DNA of 51,886 bases, taken from Longimicrobiales bacterium (GTDB taxonomy: Bacteria; Gemmatimonadota; Gemmatimonadetes; Longimicrobiales; Gaopeijiaceae). The translations under genes were made by a program, and so were the position numbers. Shown here piece by piece: positions 8,826 through 19,042 of the stretch; positions within the stretch are counted from its first letter, which is position 1; each line of letters starts with the position of its first letter. The notes below the pieces were generated by a model that was not told the origin of the DNA, did no database searches, and saw nothing but the letters and a program-made list of their open reading frames with translations. The stretch is from the NCBI GenBank assembly GCA_965197725.1, contig CBDANQ010000014.1, positions 1 to 51,886 of the forward strand, given 5' to 3'.

Positions 8826-10480
8826 GCTCCTAGCAGCTCGCGGGCGTGCTCGCGGGAGGTCGGCGACTCCGGGTCCCCCCCCAGCATGCGGGCGATCTCT
8901 TGCACTCGCGCCTCCCCCCCCAGCAGGGTCACGCCCGTGGTCGTGCCTAGTAGGTTCTGCGCCTTCTCCACCAGCATGTGTGCGCGGGCCCGGGACGCCA
9001 CCTGCGCGAGGTGCGTGACGACGAAGACCTGATGCCGCTCGGCGACGTCCGCCAGCTTCCTTGCCACGGCCGACGCCACGACACCGCCGATGCCGGCGTC
9101 GATCTCGTCGAAGACGAGTACCGGCACACGATCCACGTCCGCCAAGATCGCCTTCAAGGCGAGCATCACCCGCGAGAGCTCCCCGCCGCTCGCGATGCGG
9201 ACAAGCGGCATTGCGTCGAAGCCCACATTGGTGGAGACCAGGAATTCAACGCTCTCGGAGCCACCGCTACCGGTCGCCCCATGCGCGCGTAGCGCGACCT
9301 CGAAGGTGGCGGAGACGAGCCCGAGCTCGGGAAGAATCTCAGACACCGAGACTGCGAGCTGCGCCGAGCCCTTCTGCCTCAGAGCGCTGAGCCGAGCCGC
9401 TTCCTCTTCGAGCTCCCGTCCCGTGACCTCGATCCGCTGACGCAGGAGCTCCAGATCATGATCGGAGTCGCCCAGCTCCGCCAACTCGGTCCTCACCCCC
9501 TGAGCCGTCGCGAGCACGTCGGCCAACTCCGGGCCGTACTTCCGCTTCAGACGAAAGATCACATCGAGCCGCGTCCGCACTTCCGCAAGCCGATGCGGAT
9601 CGTGATCGATGCCCTGAGCGTAGTCGCCCACGTGCCGCCCGACGTCGGAGACCGCATGCGAGGCATCCTGCAGCTCGGAGAGTTGGTCTTGCAACGAAGG
9701 ATCGTAGCTCGCGAGCTGCGCCAGGAGCTTCAGCATGGCCGCCATGCGGTCGGCGACCGAGTCATCGGCGCCGTACAGCGTCTCGTAGATTGAGCCAGCG
9801 CCTCGCGCCAGCTCCTCGGCGTGCTCGTGCCGTCCCGCCTCCCCCGCGAGCTCCGCATCCTCGCCCGGTCTCAGCGCGGCCTCGTCAATCTCGGTGAGCT
9901 GAAAGCGCAGGAAGTCTGAGCGGGTTTCGATCTCGCGCAGACGTTCCTCTCGGTCCTCGAGCTCGCGCTTCAGCGCCTGTCTCGTGCCGTATAGCTTAGC
10001 CACTTTATCAGCCGAGTCTTCCGCGCCGGCATACGCGTCGAGAAGCGCCCGCTGATCGCGCGGCCGCAGCAGCGTCTGATGTTCGTGTTGACCGTGTAGA
10101 TCCACCAGCGTGGAGCCGAGGCTGCCGACGACACCGGCAGCCGCCGGCGAGCCGTTCACCCACGCCCGATTGCGCCCTTCGGCCGCTACTTCGCGGCGGA
10201 GGATCATCAGGCCGTCCTCGAGCCGGAATCCGCTTTCCTCGAGCTCAGCCTCTATCTCCGGCCGATCGCCAACGTCGAAGACCGCTTCCACCGTGGCTCG
10301 GTCGGCACCTTTCCTGACCACGCCCGAAGAGGCTCGCTCGCCGAGCAGGAGGGACAGCGCCCCCACGATGATCGACTTGCCCGCACCGGTCTCTCCTGTG
10401 AGGGCGTTCAGGCCGTCCGAGAGCTCCAGGGTGAGATCCTCTACGACGGCGTAGTCACGGATGCGTAGCTCTACCAACAT
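8822..10480 (-). CDS. recN: DNA repair protein RecN
   Basis: TGETGAGKS, HGQHEHQ, ASGGELSRVMLALK, FDEIDAGIGG, VTHLAQVA. Confidence 0.97.
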   Translation of the reverse strand: MLVELRIRDYAVVEDLTLELSDGLNALTGETGAGKSIIVGALSLLLGERASSGVVRKGADRATVEAVFDVGDRPEIEAELEESGFRLEDGLMILRREVAAEGRNRAWVNGSPAAAGVVGSLGSTLVDLHGQHEHQTLLRPRDQRALLDAYAGAEDSADKVAKLYGTRQALKRELEDREERLREIETRSDFLRFQLTEIDEAALRPGEDAELAGEAGRHEHAEELARGAGSIYETLYGADDSVADRMAAMLKLLAQLASYDPSLQDQLSELQDASHAVSDVGRHVGDYAQGIDHDPHRLAEVRTRLDVIFRLKRKYGPELADVLATAQGVRTELAELGDSDHDLELLRQRIEVTGRELEEEAARLSALRQKGSAQLAVSVSEILPELGLVSATFEVALRAHGATGSGGSESVEFLVSTNVGFDAMPLVRIASGGELSRVMLALKAILADVDRVPVLVFDEIDAGIGGVVASAVARKLADVAERHQVFVVTHLAQVASRARAHMLVEKAQNLLGTTTGVTLLGGEARVQEIARMLGGDPESPTSREHARELLGA

Positions 10481-10482
10481 TC

Positions 10483-11397
10483 CTACGCGCGCTCCGGGCG
10501 ACGCGCCGCCCAGTTCAGCTTGGTTCGCATCGTTCGGAAGAACGTTTGGCCGGGTAGACGAACGAGCGAGACCGTGTGCTCACCTCGCCGCACCACGACT
10601 GATTCGTCCACACCCACGGCACGCTCTACCTGCCCGTCGACCGTGAGCCGAAGCTCGTGGGAATGGTCGATCGCCCGGACCGTGACTTCCTCGTGCGCGG
10701 GAATGACCAGGGGACGCACGGCGAGCGAGTGCGGACAGATTGCGGTGATCACGATGCACTCGACCTCGGGTACGATGAGCGGCCCTCCGGCGGACAAGGA
10801 GTAGGCGGTCGATCCCGTCGGGCTGGTCAGGATCACGCCATCCGCTGAAATGCTGCCGATGTCCTCCCGGCCCTCGGTGCGACCGACCGAAAGGTTCAAC
10901 GGTGTCACACGAGCCGCGCCCGAAGTGTGGATCACGATATCGTTGAGCGCGTGAAACGGCCCCACCTCCTCCCCGTCCGCACGCTGGAGCGTCGCCTGGA
11001 GCGTGAAGCGACGATCGAGCACAGCCGCCCCATCCAAGACCTCGGTGAGGTGATTCTCAAGGTTCTGTTCGGGGGTCGCGGTCAAGAAGCCCAGACGCCC
11101 GAGGTTGACCCCGAACACGGGCACGTTGGCGCCCATCGCGAAGCGTGCCGCGCGCAGCATCGTGCCGTCCCCGCCTAATGCGAGCAGGAGGTCGACCGGC
11201 GCCGTCTGCGGATCCAAGAGCTTTGCACCAGCCGGCGCATACGGGTTGCCTTCCTCGAACATCAACTCGATGCCGCGCGCCTCGCAGAACGTTCGCAGGC
11301 GCTCGACGACCGCCGGGGCCTCCGTGCTTGCACGCCGGAGGACGATGCCGATGCGGCGAATGGGTCCCGTCAGCGCCTGCCCCCCTGAACCCTTCAC
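10483..11397 (-). CDS. nadK: NAD(+) kinase
   Basis: LGGDGTML, GVNLGRLGFL, ALND, SPTGSTAYSLSAGGP. Confidence 0.96.
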   Translation of the reverse strand: MKGSGGQALTGPIRRIGIVLRRASTEAPAVVERLRTFCEARGIELMFEEGNPYAPAGAKLLDPQTAPVDLLLALGGDGTMLRAARFAMGANVPVFGVNLGRLGFLTATPEQNLENHLTEVLDGAAVLDRRFTLQATLQRADGEEVGPFHALNDIVIHTSGAARVTPLNLSVGRTEGREDIGSISADGVILTSPTGSTAYSLSAGGPLIVPEVECIVITAICPHSLAVRPLVIPAHEEVTVRAIDHSHELRLTVDGQVERAVGVDESVVVRRGEHTVSLVRLPGQTFFRTMRTKLNWAARRPERA

Positions 11398-13292
11398 GCT
11401 CCCACGGTGCTGTGGGAGGCAGAGGCGACGAGCTCCTTGGCTCGAGCCGCGATGCCATCCACATGCAAAGCGATGGCGGCGAGCAGCTCATCACGAGCGC
11501 CGTGTTCGACGAACTCGTCGGGCATGCCCATCGAGGTTATTCGTGGTGCCGTCGCCAGGTCCAGATCATTGATCTCGCGCGCCATGAACGCACCAAAGCC
11601 GTTGGAGATCTGCCCTTCCTCGACGGTGAGCACCGCCGGATGCCCACGCACCATCTGCTCGAACAACGGTCGGTCGTACGGCTTCAAGAAGCGGCAGTTC
11701 ACGACCGTACAGCGAATGCCCTCGGCGTCCAACGCCTGTGCAGCCGCCACCGACGGCAGCACCATCGTGCCTGTCGCGAGGATCACGCAGTCACCGCCGC
11801 TACGGAGAAGTTCCCACGTGCAGGGCTCGATGCGCTCGATGTCATCGAGGTCTGGCACCTCCTCCGGCACCGCGGCGCGAGGCCAGCGCACACTCCACGG
11901 GCCGTCGTTCTCTTCCGTGGCGAGACGGAGCAGAGCGAGCATCTCGCTGCCGTCCTTCGGGGCCGTCACGGTCATGCCAGGGACGCACAGCATGTACGCG
12001 ATGTCGAGCCCTCCGTGGTGGGTCGGGCCATCCTCACCCGCGATGCCGGCCCGGTCCATGCCGAATACGACGGGCAGACGCTGAAGCGCCACATCGTGCA
12101 CGATGTTGTCGTAAGCGCGCTGGAGAAACGTGGAGTAGATCGCGACGATGGGCTTCACACCCTGCGTCGCCAGGCCGGCGGCGAACGTCACCCCGTGGCC
12201 CTCGGCGATGCCCACGTCGAAGTAGCGATCTGGGTGGACTTCCGAGAACACGTCCGTCGACGTGCCATCGGGCATCGCCGCGGTGATCGCCACAACCTGC
12301 GGGTCTGCGTTCGCTAGTTCGATGAGCCCCTTGCCGAACACCTTCTGGTATCGCGGGAGGCCCCCGCCCTTCCTGGTGCCCTGGCCGGTGACCTTGTCGA
12401 ACGGAGACGCCGCGTGCCACGTCCACGGATCGTCTTCGGCCTTCGTATAGCCCTTCCCCTTCTTGGTGATCACGTGCACGAGGATGGTGCGCTTCATGTC
12501 CTTCACGCGTGAGAAGGTGTCGACCAGGGCGTTGACGTTGTGGCCGTCGATCGGACCCACGTACCGGAAGCCGAGCTCCTCGAAGATCAGCCCCGGGGTG
12601 AGCAGGTGCTTTGCGCTCTCCTCCAAACGGCCCACGATCTTCTCCATGACGATCGGCGTCCTGTTCAGGAGCTCCTTCACGAGATTGCGCGCCTTGTTAT
12701 AGGCCGGGTTCGTGATCATGCCCGTCAGGTACTTGTTCATGGCGCCGACGGCAGGCCCGATCGACATGTCGTTGTCATTGAGCACGACTACGAAGTCACG
12801 CTTGGTGTGGCCCGCGTTGTTGAGCGCCTCATACGCGAGCCCACATGTCATCGCTCCGTCGCCGATCACGGCCAGGACGTTGAAGTCCTCACCTGTGAGG
12901 TCGCGCCCCACGGCCATGCCCCACGCGGCCGAGATCGAAGTCGCGGCGTGGCCCGCTCCGAACGCGTCGTACTCCGACTCGTCGCGGCGCAGGAACGGCG
13001 CGAGACCACCCCGCGTGCGGATCGTCGGCAGGTCCTCGTTGCGACCCGTCAGCATCTTGTGGATGTACGCCTGATGTCCGGTGTCCCAGACGATCTGATC
13101 GCGCGGAGTATCGTAGACGTAGTGCAACGCGACGGTGAGCTCCGCGACACCCAGGCTGGCCCCGAAATGCCCCCCCTTCTCCGACACCACGTCGATGTGC
13201 CGCGCACGCACCTCGTCGACGAGCTGGTCGAGCTCGTCGCGCCCTAGGCGCCGGATGTCCTCCGGGTATTTGACACGATCCAGCAGCGCCAC
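11394..13292 (-). CDS. dxs: 1-deoxy-D-xylulose-5-phosphate synthase
   Basis: GGHFGASLG, DTGHQAY, GHAATSIS, GDGAMTCG, DVGIAEGH, EDGPTHHG. Confidence 0.98.
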   Translation of the reverse strand: MALLDRVKYPEDIRRLGRDELDQLVDEVRARHIDVVSEKGGHFGASLGVAELTVALHYVYDTPRDQIVWDTGHQAYIHKMLTGRNEDLPTIRTRGGLAPFLRRDESEYDAFGAGHAATSISAAWGMAVGRDLTGEDFNVLAVIGDGAMTCGLAYEALNNAGHTKRDFVVVLNDNDMSIGPAVGAMNKYLTGMITNPAYNKARNLVKELLNRTPIVMEKIVGRLEESAKHLLTPGLIFEELGFRYVGPIDGHNVNALVDTFSRVKDMKRTILVHVITKKGKGYTKAEDDPWTWHAASPFDKVTGQGTRKGGGLPRYQKVFGKGLIELANADPQVVAITAAMPDGTSTDVFSEVHPDRYFDVGIAEGHGVTFAAGLATQGVKPIVAIYSTFLQRAYDNIVHDVALQRLPVVFGMDRAGIAGEDGPTHHGGLDIAYMLCVPGMTVTAPKDGSEMLALLRLATEENDGPWSVRWPRAAVPEEVPDLDDIERIEPCTWELLRSGGDCVILATGTMVLPSVAAAQALDAEGIRCTVVNCRFLKPYDRPLFEQMVRGHPAVLTVEEGQISNGFGAFMAREINDLDLATAPRITSMGMPDEFVEHGARDELLAAIALHVDGIAARAKELVASASHSTVGA

Positions 13293-13372
13293 CGGACCCG
13301 CTCCCTCTCAGATGTTTGGCCGTCCCGAAAGAAGATACCCGCATGGACCGTGCCGAACAGGCTGTGCCACGT

Positions 13373-14275
13373 CTATTTATCCCGCTCCACGACATAGAGC
13401 GCCAGCGAGTTCAGAGCCGGCGCGTCGATGCCTCCGGAGGTGAGCGCCTCCAGCGCGTCGTCTACGTGCGCTCGGGCCCGGTTTCTCGCTTCGTCCAGCC
13501 CGTAGAGGCCTACGTATGTCGCCTTGTCGAGCTCGGCGTCACTGGGCCGCTTGCCCAGCGTCTCGGCCGATTGCGTGGCATCGAGCAAGTCGTCCGCGAT
13601 CTGGAACGCAAGCCCGATCGATACGCCGTAGCGCCTCAGCGCCTCGATGACGTGACCGGTTGCCCGCGCGGCTCTAGCGCCGACCACGAGGGACGCCATG
13701 AGCAGAGCGCCGGTCTTACGTCGGTACAGTCCGTTCAGCTCCTCGGGCCCCAAGAACTCACCCTCACCCTCCAGGTCCAGCCACTGCCCACCGATCATCC
13801 CGCCTGCGCCGGCAGCCTCCATCAACTCGCGGGCGACGCCGACGGCGCCCTCCGGCCCGCACTCCAACTGGGCCGCCGAAGAAAGCGCCTGTAGTGCTGC
13901 CGCTGGAATCAGCGCGGCTCCGGCTCTGGAGGTTACGTCTTCGCCATGATCGACGTGCGTCGTGGGGCGTCCCCTCCTGAGCTCGGCGTCGTCCATGCAC
14001 GGAAGGTCATCGTGCATCAGCGAGTAGGCGTGGATCAGCTCCAGGGATACGGCCAGCGGGTAGATCAAGCCATTCGCCGCGCCCCCACTGGCTCGATACG
14101 CTGTAGAGCAGAGAATAGGTCGGAGTCGTTTGCCCCCGCTCATGACCCCATGCCGGATCGCCGCCCCGATATCCGCGTCGGTCTCCGACTCCAACCGGGA
14201 GACGACGCGCTCCAGTGCGGCCTCCACCTTCGGCCTCTCCCGGGCGAGGTAGCTCGAAAGACCGAAGTCGCTCAC
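13373..14275 (-). CDS. ispA: Farnesyl/geranylgeranyl diphosphate synthase
   Basis: GGKRLRP, SLMHDDLPCMDDAELRRG, KTGAL, FQIADDLLD; xseB-ispA-dxs synteny. Confidence 0.92.
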   Translation of the reverse strand: MSDFGLSSYLARERPKVEAALERVVSRLESETDADIGAAIRHGVMSGGKRLRPILCSTAYRASGGAANGLIYPLAVSLELIHAYSLMHDDLPCMDDAELRRGRPTTHVDHGEDVTSRAGAALIPAAALQALSSAAQLECGPEGAVGVARELMEAAGAGGMIGGQWLDLEGEGEFLGPEELNGLYRRKTGALLMASLVVGARAARATGHVIEALRRYGVSIGLAFQIADDLLDATQSAETLGKRPSDAELDKATYVGLYGLDEARNRARAHVDDALEALTSGGIDAPALNSLALYVVERDK

Positions 14276-14523
14276 GGCTCGCCTACATCCAGTTCCCGGG
14301 TCTTGCCCCCGGCGAGTAGCTCCTCCACGCGTAGCTGCGTTTCGGAGAGCACCCTCTCGGCTTCACGCACGTGCCCGATCCCCTCCTCGAAGAGCTCGAG
14401 GGCCTGCTTGAGGGGGACTTCGTCGGACTCGAGTCGAGTAAGTATCAGTTCCAGGCGCGTAATCCGCTCCTCCAGCGAGACCGAATCGCTGCTCGGGGCG
14501 TCACGTTCGGTTTCGTCGCTCAC
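14272..14523 (-). CDS. xseB: Exodeoxyribonuclease VII small subunit
   Basis: LEERITRLELILTRLE...LKQALELFEEGI; follows xseA. Confidence 0.93.
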   Translation of the reverse strand: MSDETERDAPSSDSVSLEERITRLELILTRLESDEVPLKQALELFEEGIGHVREAERVLSETQLRVEELLAGGKTRELDVGEP

Positions 14524-15731
14524 GATGCATCGATCTCCCTGGTTTCGAGCGCCTCGCAGGACACTTCACCGTCGCGAACACGCAGCTCGAACGGTTGGCC
14601 CGGCGCAAAGTCCCGCACCGAGCGAAGGACCGACCCGGTTTCAGAACGTGCGACCGAGTAGCCCCGCTGCAACGTAGCGAGCGGTGAGAGCGCGTCGAGC
14701 TTGCCCGCGGCCGCCGCGATGCTCAGGCGCCGCCGTTCCAACGCGGAGAGTATGCCGCGTTCGATCCGACCCGTGGCGCGGTCGACGGTCTGCTGGACCG
14801 GCATGATCCTGCGCTCCATCCGGAGTCCCAAGCTCGCCAGGACTTCCCGCAACCCGGATCGGCGCCTTTGCATGGTGCCCTGCAGCCCCTGCGCGAGGCG
14901 CGAAGGCATCCCTCGGAGTCCGTCCATGAGAGCGGCGGCGTCGGGGACGACGGCTTCCGCGGCGGCCGACGGGGTGGGAGCCCTGAGGTCCGCTACGAGG
15001 TCCGCGATGGTCACGTCGATCTCGTGGCCCACGCCCGAAACCACAGGCATCGCACACGCGGCAATCGCCCGCGCCACCGGCTCCTCGTTGAACGCCCACA
15101 GATCCTCCACGGAGCCGCCGCCGCGACTCACGATGATGACGTCGGGCTTACCCGTAGCGGCGAGGACCTGAAGTGCGCGCGCGATGTCGGCTGAGGCGCC
15201 TTCCCCCTGAACGCGCGTAGCGCCGAGCAACACGCGAACCCAGGGCGCGCGTCGACGCAACACCGACACGATGTCGCGCAGCGCCGCGCCGGTCGACGAC
15301 GTGACGACTCCCACCACGGCCGGATAGCGCGGCAACGCCCTCTTTCGCGTCGCGTCCAGGAGACCCTCGGCCTCGAGGGTGGCGCGCAACTTGTGGAAGG
15401 CGAGCCTCCACAGCCCCTCGGCACCCTCCGCCTCGACGCGAGAAGCCATCAACTGGTACTCGCCGCGAGCTTCGTACAGGGTCAGCGATCCGAGTGCGCG
15501 GATCTTCATGCCCTCTTCGGGATCGGTCGGTAGCTGTTGGGCTTCGCGATTGAACATCACGCAGCGTATCTGTGCACGGTCGTCCTTCAGGGTGAAGTAG
15601 CAGTGCCCCGAGCGCGACCGAGTCCAGCTCCCCACCTCACCCCCGACCCAGAGCGGATCGACGCTGTCCTCGAGCAGTGAGCGTACCGCGTGATTGACCT
15701 GCGAGACGGACCAGACCTTGGGTTCGTCCAC
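14520..15731 (-). CDS. xseA: Exodeoxyribonuclease VII large subunit
   Basis: SGHCYFTLKD, RGGGSVEDLWAFNEE, GVGHEID, RAPTPSAAAE, SPLATLQRGY. Confidence 0.97.
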   Translation of the reverse strand: MDEPKVWSVSQVNHAVRSLLEDSVDPLWVGGEVGSWTRSRSGHCYFTLKDDRAQIRCVMFNREAQQLPTDPEEGMKIRALGSLTLYEARGEYQLMASRVEAEGAEGLWRLAFHKLRATLEAEGLLDATRKRALPRYPAVVGVVTSSTGAALRDIVSVLRRRAPWVRVLLGATRVQGEGASADIARALQVLAATGKPDVIIVSRGGGSVEDLWAFNEEPVARAIAACAMPVVSGVGHEIDVTIADLVADLRAPTPSAAAEAVVPDAAALMDGLRGMPSRLAQGLQGTMQRRRSGLREVLASLGLRMERRIMPVQQTVDRATGRIERGILSALERRRLSIAAAAGKLDALSPLATLQRGYSVARSETGSVLRSVRDFAPGQPFELRVRDGEVSCEALETREIDAS

Positions 15732-15736
15732 GATTC

Positions 15737-16624
15737 CTAGCCCGCTGTGAGCCGAGCCGACTTCACGGTGTTGCTGAGCAGCATGGTGATCGTCATGGGT
15801 CCCACGCCTCCCGGCACCGGGGATATCGCTGCGGCGATCTCCGCGACCTCCTTGAACAGGACATCACCACACACGCGGTAGCCCTTCTGGCGCGTCTCGT
15901 CTTCCACGCGGTTGGTGCCGACGTCGATCACGACGGCACCAGGAGCGACCATGACGGCCGTGATCATCTCCGGCCGGCCCGTCGCGACGACCAAGATGTC
16001 CGCGGTGCGCGTCACTGCTGCGAGATCGTGCGTGCGCGAGTGGCACACCGTCACGGTAGCATTCCCGCCAGGCGCCTTGCGCATGAGGAGCGAGGCGAGC
16101 GGACGCCCCACGAGATTCGAGCGCCCCACGATCACGACGTGCTTTCCGGCGGGATCGTGCCCGCTTCGAGTGAGCATCTCGATGACGCCAGCGGGCGTGC
16201 ACGGAGCGAAGAAGTCGTCCGAGTTGGTGGCGAGACGGCCCACGTTCACGGGGTGGAATCCGTCCACGTCCTTCGACGGATCGATCGCCTCGACGACACG
16301 GCCCTCATCGATGTGATCCGGCAAGGGCGACTGCACGAGGATGCCGTGGATCTCGGGGTCGGCGTTCAGGCCCGCCACGACGCCCAGAAGCTCATCCTCC
16401 GGCGTGTCCGCCGGGAGCGTGATCTGCCGGGAGTGGATCCCCATTGCGGCGGCAGCTTTGTTCTTCATGCCGACGTACATCTGGGATGCGGGGTCGTCCC
16501 CGACCAAAACCGTCGCCAAACCCGGTGTCATACCCGCCTCATCCTTCAGGCGCGCGACCTCGGTCGTGAGCTCGGCCAGGATCTCGTTCGCGATGTCCTT
16601 GCCCGAAATGATCTGTGCGCTCAT
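15737..16624 (-). CDS. folD: Bifunctional methylenetetrahydrofolate dehydrogenase/cyclohydrolase
   Basis: KDVDGFHP, PCTPAG, GRSNLVGRP, PVPGGVGPMT. Confidence 0.98.
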   Translation of the reverse strand: MSAQIISGKDIANEILAELTTEVARLKDEAGMTPGLATVLVGDDPASQMYVGMKNKAAAAMGIHSRQITLPADTPEDELLGVVAGLNADPEIHGILVQSPLPDHIDEGRVVEAIDPSKDVDGFHPVNVGRLATNSDDFFAPCTPAGVIEMLTRSGHDPAGKHVVIVGRSNLVGRPLASLLMRKAPGGNATVTVCHSRTHDLAAVTRTADILVVATGRPEMITAVMVAPGAVVIDVGTNRVEDETRQKGYRVCGDVLFKEVAEIAAAISPVPGGVGPMTITMLLSNTVKSARLTAG

Positions 16625-16683
16625 GCGGACTTGGCGTGGTGGTGTCGTCTCAGGTGACGGAAGACAGAAAAGTAACAGGCAAA

Positions 16684-18258
16684 CTACCTCGCGAAATCGA
16701 TCGCTCTCGTCTCGCGTACGACGACGACCTTGATCTGGCCAGGGTATTGCAACTCGCTCTCGATCTTCCGGGCGACGGCCTCCGAGATCTGCGCCATTTC
16801 CCCGTCAGTAACCCGGGACGGCTCGACCATTACACGCAACTCGCGCCCCGCCTGGATCGCGAAGCAACGCTCCACTCCCGGATGCTCCATTGCGAGCTCT
16901 TCGAGCTTCTCGAGGCGCTTCACGTAGCCCTCGATCATCTCGCGGCGCGCGCCCGGCCTCGATCCGCTGATCGCGTCAGCGGCGGAGACCAGGAACGTTT
17001 CCGCGAAATAGTGCGGCTCTTCGTCGTGGTGCGCCTTGATCGCGTTTAGGACGATGGCGCTCTCTTCATGTTTCTTGCACAACCGGTACCCGAGCTCCAC
17101 GTGGGTACCCTCGTGCTCATGCGTCATGCCCTTCCCGACGTCGTGCAATACGCCGGCGCGCTTGGTCTCTGAGACGTCGAGCCCCATTTCCGCCGCCATG
17201 TTGCCCGCAAGCAGCGCAACTTCCTTGGCATGCTGGAGCTGATTCTGACCGTATGAGGTGCGGAAGCGGAGTCGACCGAGCGTCTTCACAATCTCCGAGT
17301 GAACGTTGTGGATCCCGAGCTCGTAGAGGACCTCCTCCGCCGCCTCGAGCATCGTCCGCTCGACCTCCTTCCCGGCCTTCTCCACGGTCTCTGCGATACG
17401 ACCGGGGTGAATGCGACCATCCTCGACCAGATCCACGAGGGCCATGCGGGCGATTTCCCGCCGCACCGGGTCGAACGCCGACAGCACGACTGCCTCAGGC
17501 GTATCATCGATGATCACGTCGACGCCGGTCGCCTGCTCGAAGGAGCGGATGTTGCGTCCTTCGCGACCGATGATGCGCCCCTTCATTTCGTCGGATGGGA
17601 GCTGAACGACGGAGACCGTGGTCTGTGCGGTCAGGTCGGCTGCCATTCGTTGAATCGACAGCGCGACGATCTTCCGAGTCTCGCGCTCGGCCTCGCGTTG
17701 GGCCTGCTCCTTGGCCTCGCGCAGCATGTTGGATGCGTCTGCGCGAGCCTCGTCCTCGAGCGCCTCGATGAGCTCCTTCTTGGCCTCTTCGGCGCTCAGA
17801 CCCGCGAGCTGTTCCAACCGCCCACGAGCTGAGTCCTCGGCCTCTCGCACAGCGGTGTACCTCCGAGCGACATCGGCATGGCGGTCGTCGAGCTCTGCGA
17901 CGCGCTCGTCCACCTCGGCCTCGCGCGCGTCGAGACGGTCCACCGCACGGTCGAGGGCTACCGAGCGCTCCGCATTGCGGCGCTCGGCGCTCTCGACGTC
18001 CTCACGGCGCCGAGACTCTTCCTTCTCCCACGCCTCGCGGAGGCGGAAGCCCTCCTCTCGCCCGGCGAGTTCGCCGGCTCGGAGCGCCGTGTCCGCTTCG
18101 TCACTTGCCCGCTTCAGGATGCGGGAGGCCTCGTCCCTCGCCTCGGCTTTTTCCAACTCCCGGTGGGCCCGTTCACGGCTCCGTAGGACGAAGAACGCGA
18201 CGACACCACCCAGGACGAGGCCGACCGCCGCCGCCAGCGTTAGCTGCGGGGTGACCAT
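16684..18258 (-). CDS. rny: Ribonuclease Y
   Basis: N-terminal TM, coiled coil, KH (KGRIIGREGRNIR), HD (LHDVGK), ADAISGSRPGAR. Confidence 0.97.
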   Translation of the reverse strand: MVTPQLTLAAAVGLVLGGVVAFFVLRSRERAHRELEKAEARDEASRILKRASDEADTALRAGELAGREEGFRLREAWEKEESRRREDVESAERRNAERSVALDRAVDRLDAREAEVDERVAELDDRHADVARRYTAVREAEDSARGRLEQLAGLSAEEAKKELIEALEDEARADASNMLREAKEQAQREAERETRKIVALSIQRMAADLTAQTTVSVVQLPSDEMKGRIIGREGRNIRSFEQATGVDVIIDDTPEAVVLSAFDPVRREIARMALVDLVEDGRIHPGRIAETVEKAGKEVERTMLEAAEEVLYELGIHNVHSEIVKTLGRLRFRTSYGQNQLQHAKEVALLAGNMAAEMGLDVSETKRAGVLHDVGKGMTHEHEGTHVELGYRLCKKHEESAIVLNAIKAHHDEEPHYFAETFLVSAADAISGSRPGARREMIEGYVKRLEKLEELAMEHPGVERCFAIQAGRELRVMVEPSRVTDGEMAQISEAVARKIESELQYPGQIKVVVVRETRAIDFAR

Positions 18259-18274
18259 GTATTTACTCCAAATC

Positions 18275-18420
18275 GGCGCCGTGAAGCGCCGCAGGTGAGC
18301 GATACGTGACCCTACGGGCTCATATCAAGAACCGCAGGATCCGACCAGCATTCGGGGAATAGGAGGCGATGGACTCTCTCACGCAAGCAAGAGGGCTGTT
18401 GAAGAAGTACAGCGGACCGC
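18275..18420 (-). ncRNA. Possible structured RNA between zapA and rny (6S RNA position, or structured rny leader)
   Basis: About 165-nt non-coding gap at a position often occupied by 6S RNA. Several local hairpins, but the long closed 6S hairpin could not be confirmed by eye. Confidence 0.3.
18394..18414 (+). repeat. 21-nt intergenic repeat, copy 1 (copy 2 at 36029-36049)
   Basis: GGCTGTTGAAGAAGTACAGCG is identical at both sites. Confidence 0.85.
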
Positions 18421-18425
18421 TGGGC

Positions 18426-18734
18426 TCAGCCTCTTCCGTCGCTCGCCGGCACCTCTGCCTCGATCCGGCGGGTCAGATTCGCTGCGCGTGAGGCGACTTC
18501 CTTGCGAACCCGCTCCAATTCATCGATCGCCTGAAAGCACTCATCCGCGATCGAGAGCGCTGCCAGGATCGCCGCCTTGTGCCCTTCGATGGGCCCCGCA
18601 TGCACGCGGATCCCATGGATGCGGTCGTCGACCAATTTGGCGCACCGTTTCGTGTACTCGGGCTCGGCGTTCGCGCGAATGGTGTGTTCTTCACCCGCGA
18701 TGCGGACCGTGACCGACGCCTTCTCGGCACTCAT
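18426..18734 (-). CDS. zapA: Cell division protein ZapA
   Basis: VTVRIAGEEHTIR...AKLVDDRI...AILAALSIADE; pheT-zapB-zapA-rny synteny. Confidence 0.9.
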   Translation of the reverse strand: MSAEKASVTVRIAGEEHTIRANAEPEYTKRCAKLVDDRIHGIRVHAGPIEGHKAAILAALSIADECFQAIDELERVRKEVASRAANLTRRIEAEVPASDGRG

Positions 18735-19042
18735 CGCTGCTCCTCCAAGAAGCGGATCTTGGCCAACAGTTTGTTTACACCAGCCCTGCCCTTCTTCAAC
18801 CTACCGCGAAGATCCTGGTTTTCGTCCTCCAGCCCCTTGAGTCGGGTCAGCATGCGGCCCGCCTCGCCATCGTCGCCCGTAAACCGCCGGACGAGCACTT
18901 CGAGCTCCTCACTCTTGCCCTCCGCCTCTTCGGCGCGAGTGCTGACATCCGCGAGTCGATCGAGCAGCCCGCCCACCGCGCGCTCCAGCTCAGTGAGCGC
19001 AGCGCGGTCGGACCGTTCACCGTTACCCCCGGTGTTCGACAC
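18731..19042 (-). CDS. ZapB-like coiled-coil protein
   Basis: Short all-helical heptad pattern, located between pheT and zapA. Confidence 0.7.
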   Translation of the reverse strand: MSNTGGNGERSDRAALTELERAVGGLLDRLADVSTRAEEAEGKSEELEVLVRRFTGDDGEAGRMLTRLKGLEDENQDLRGRLKKGRAGVNKLLAKIRFLEEQR

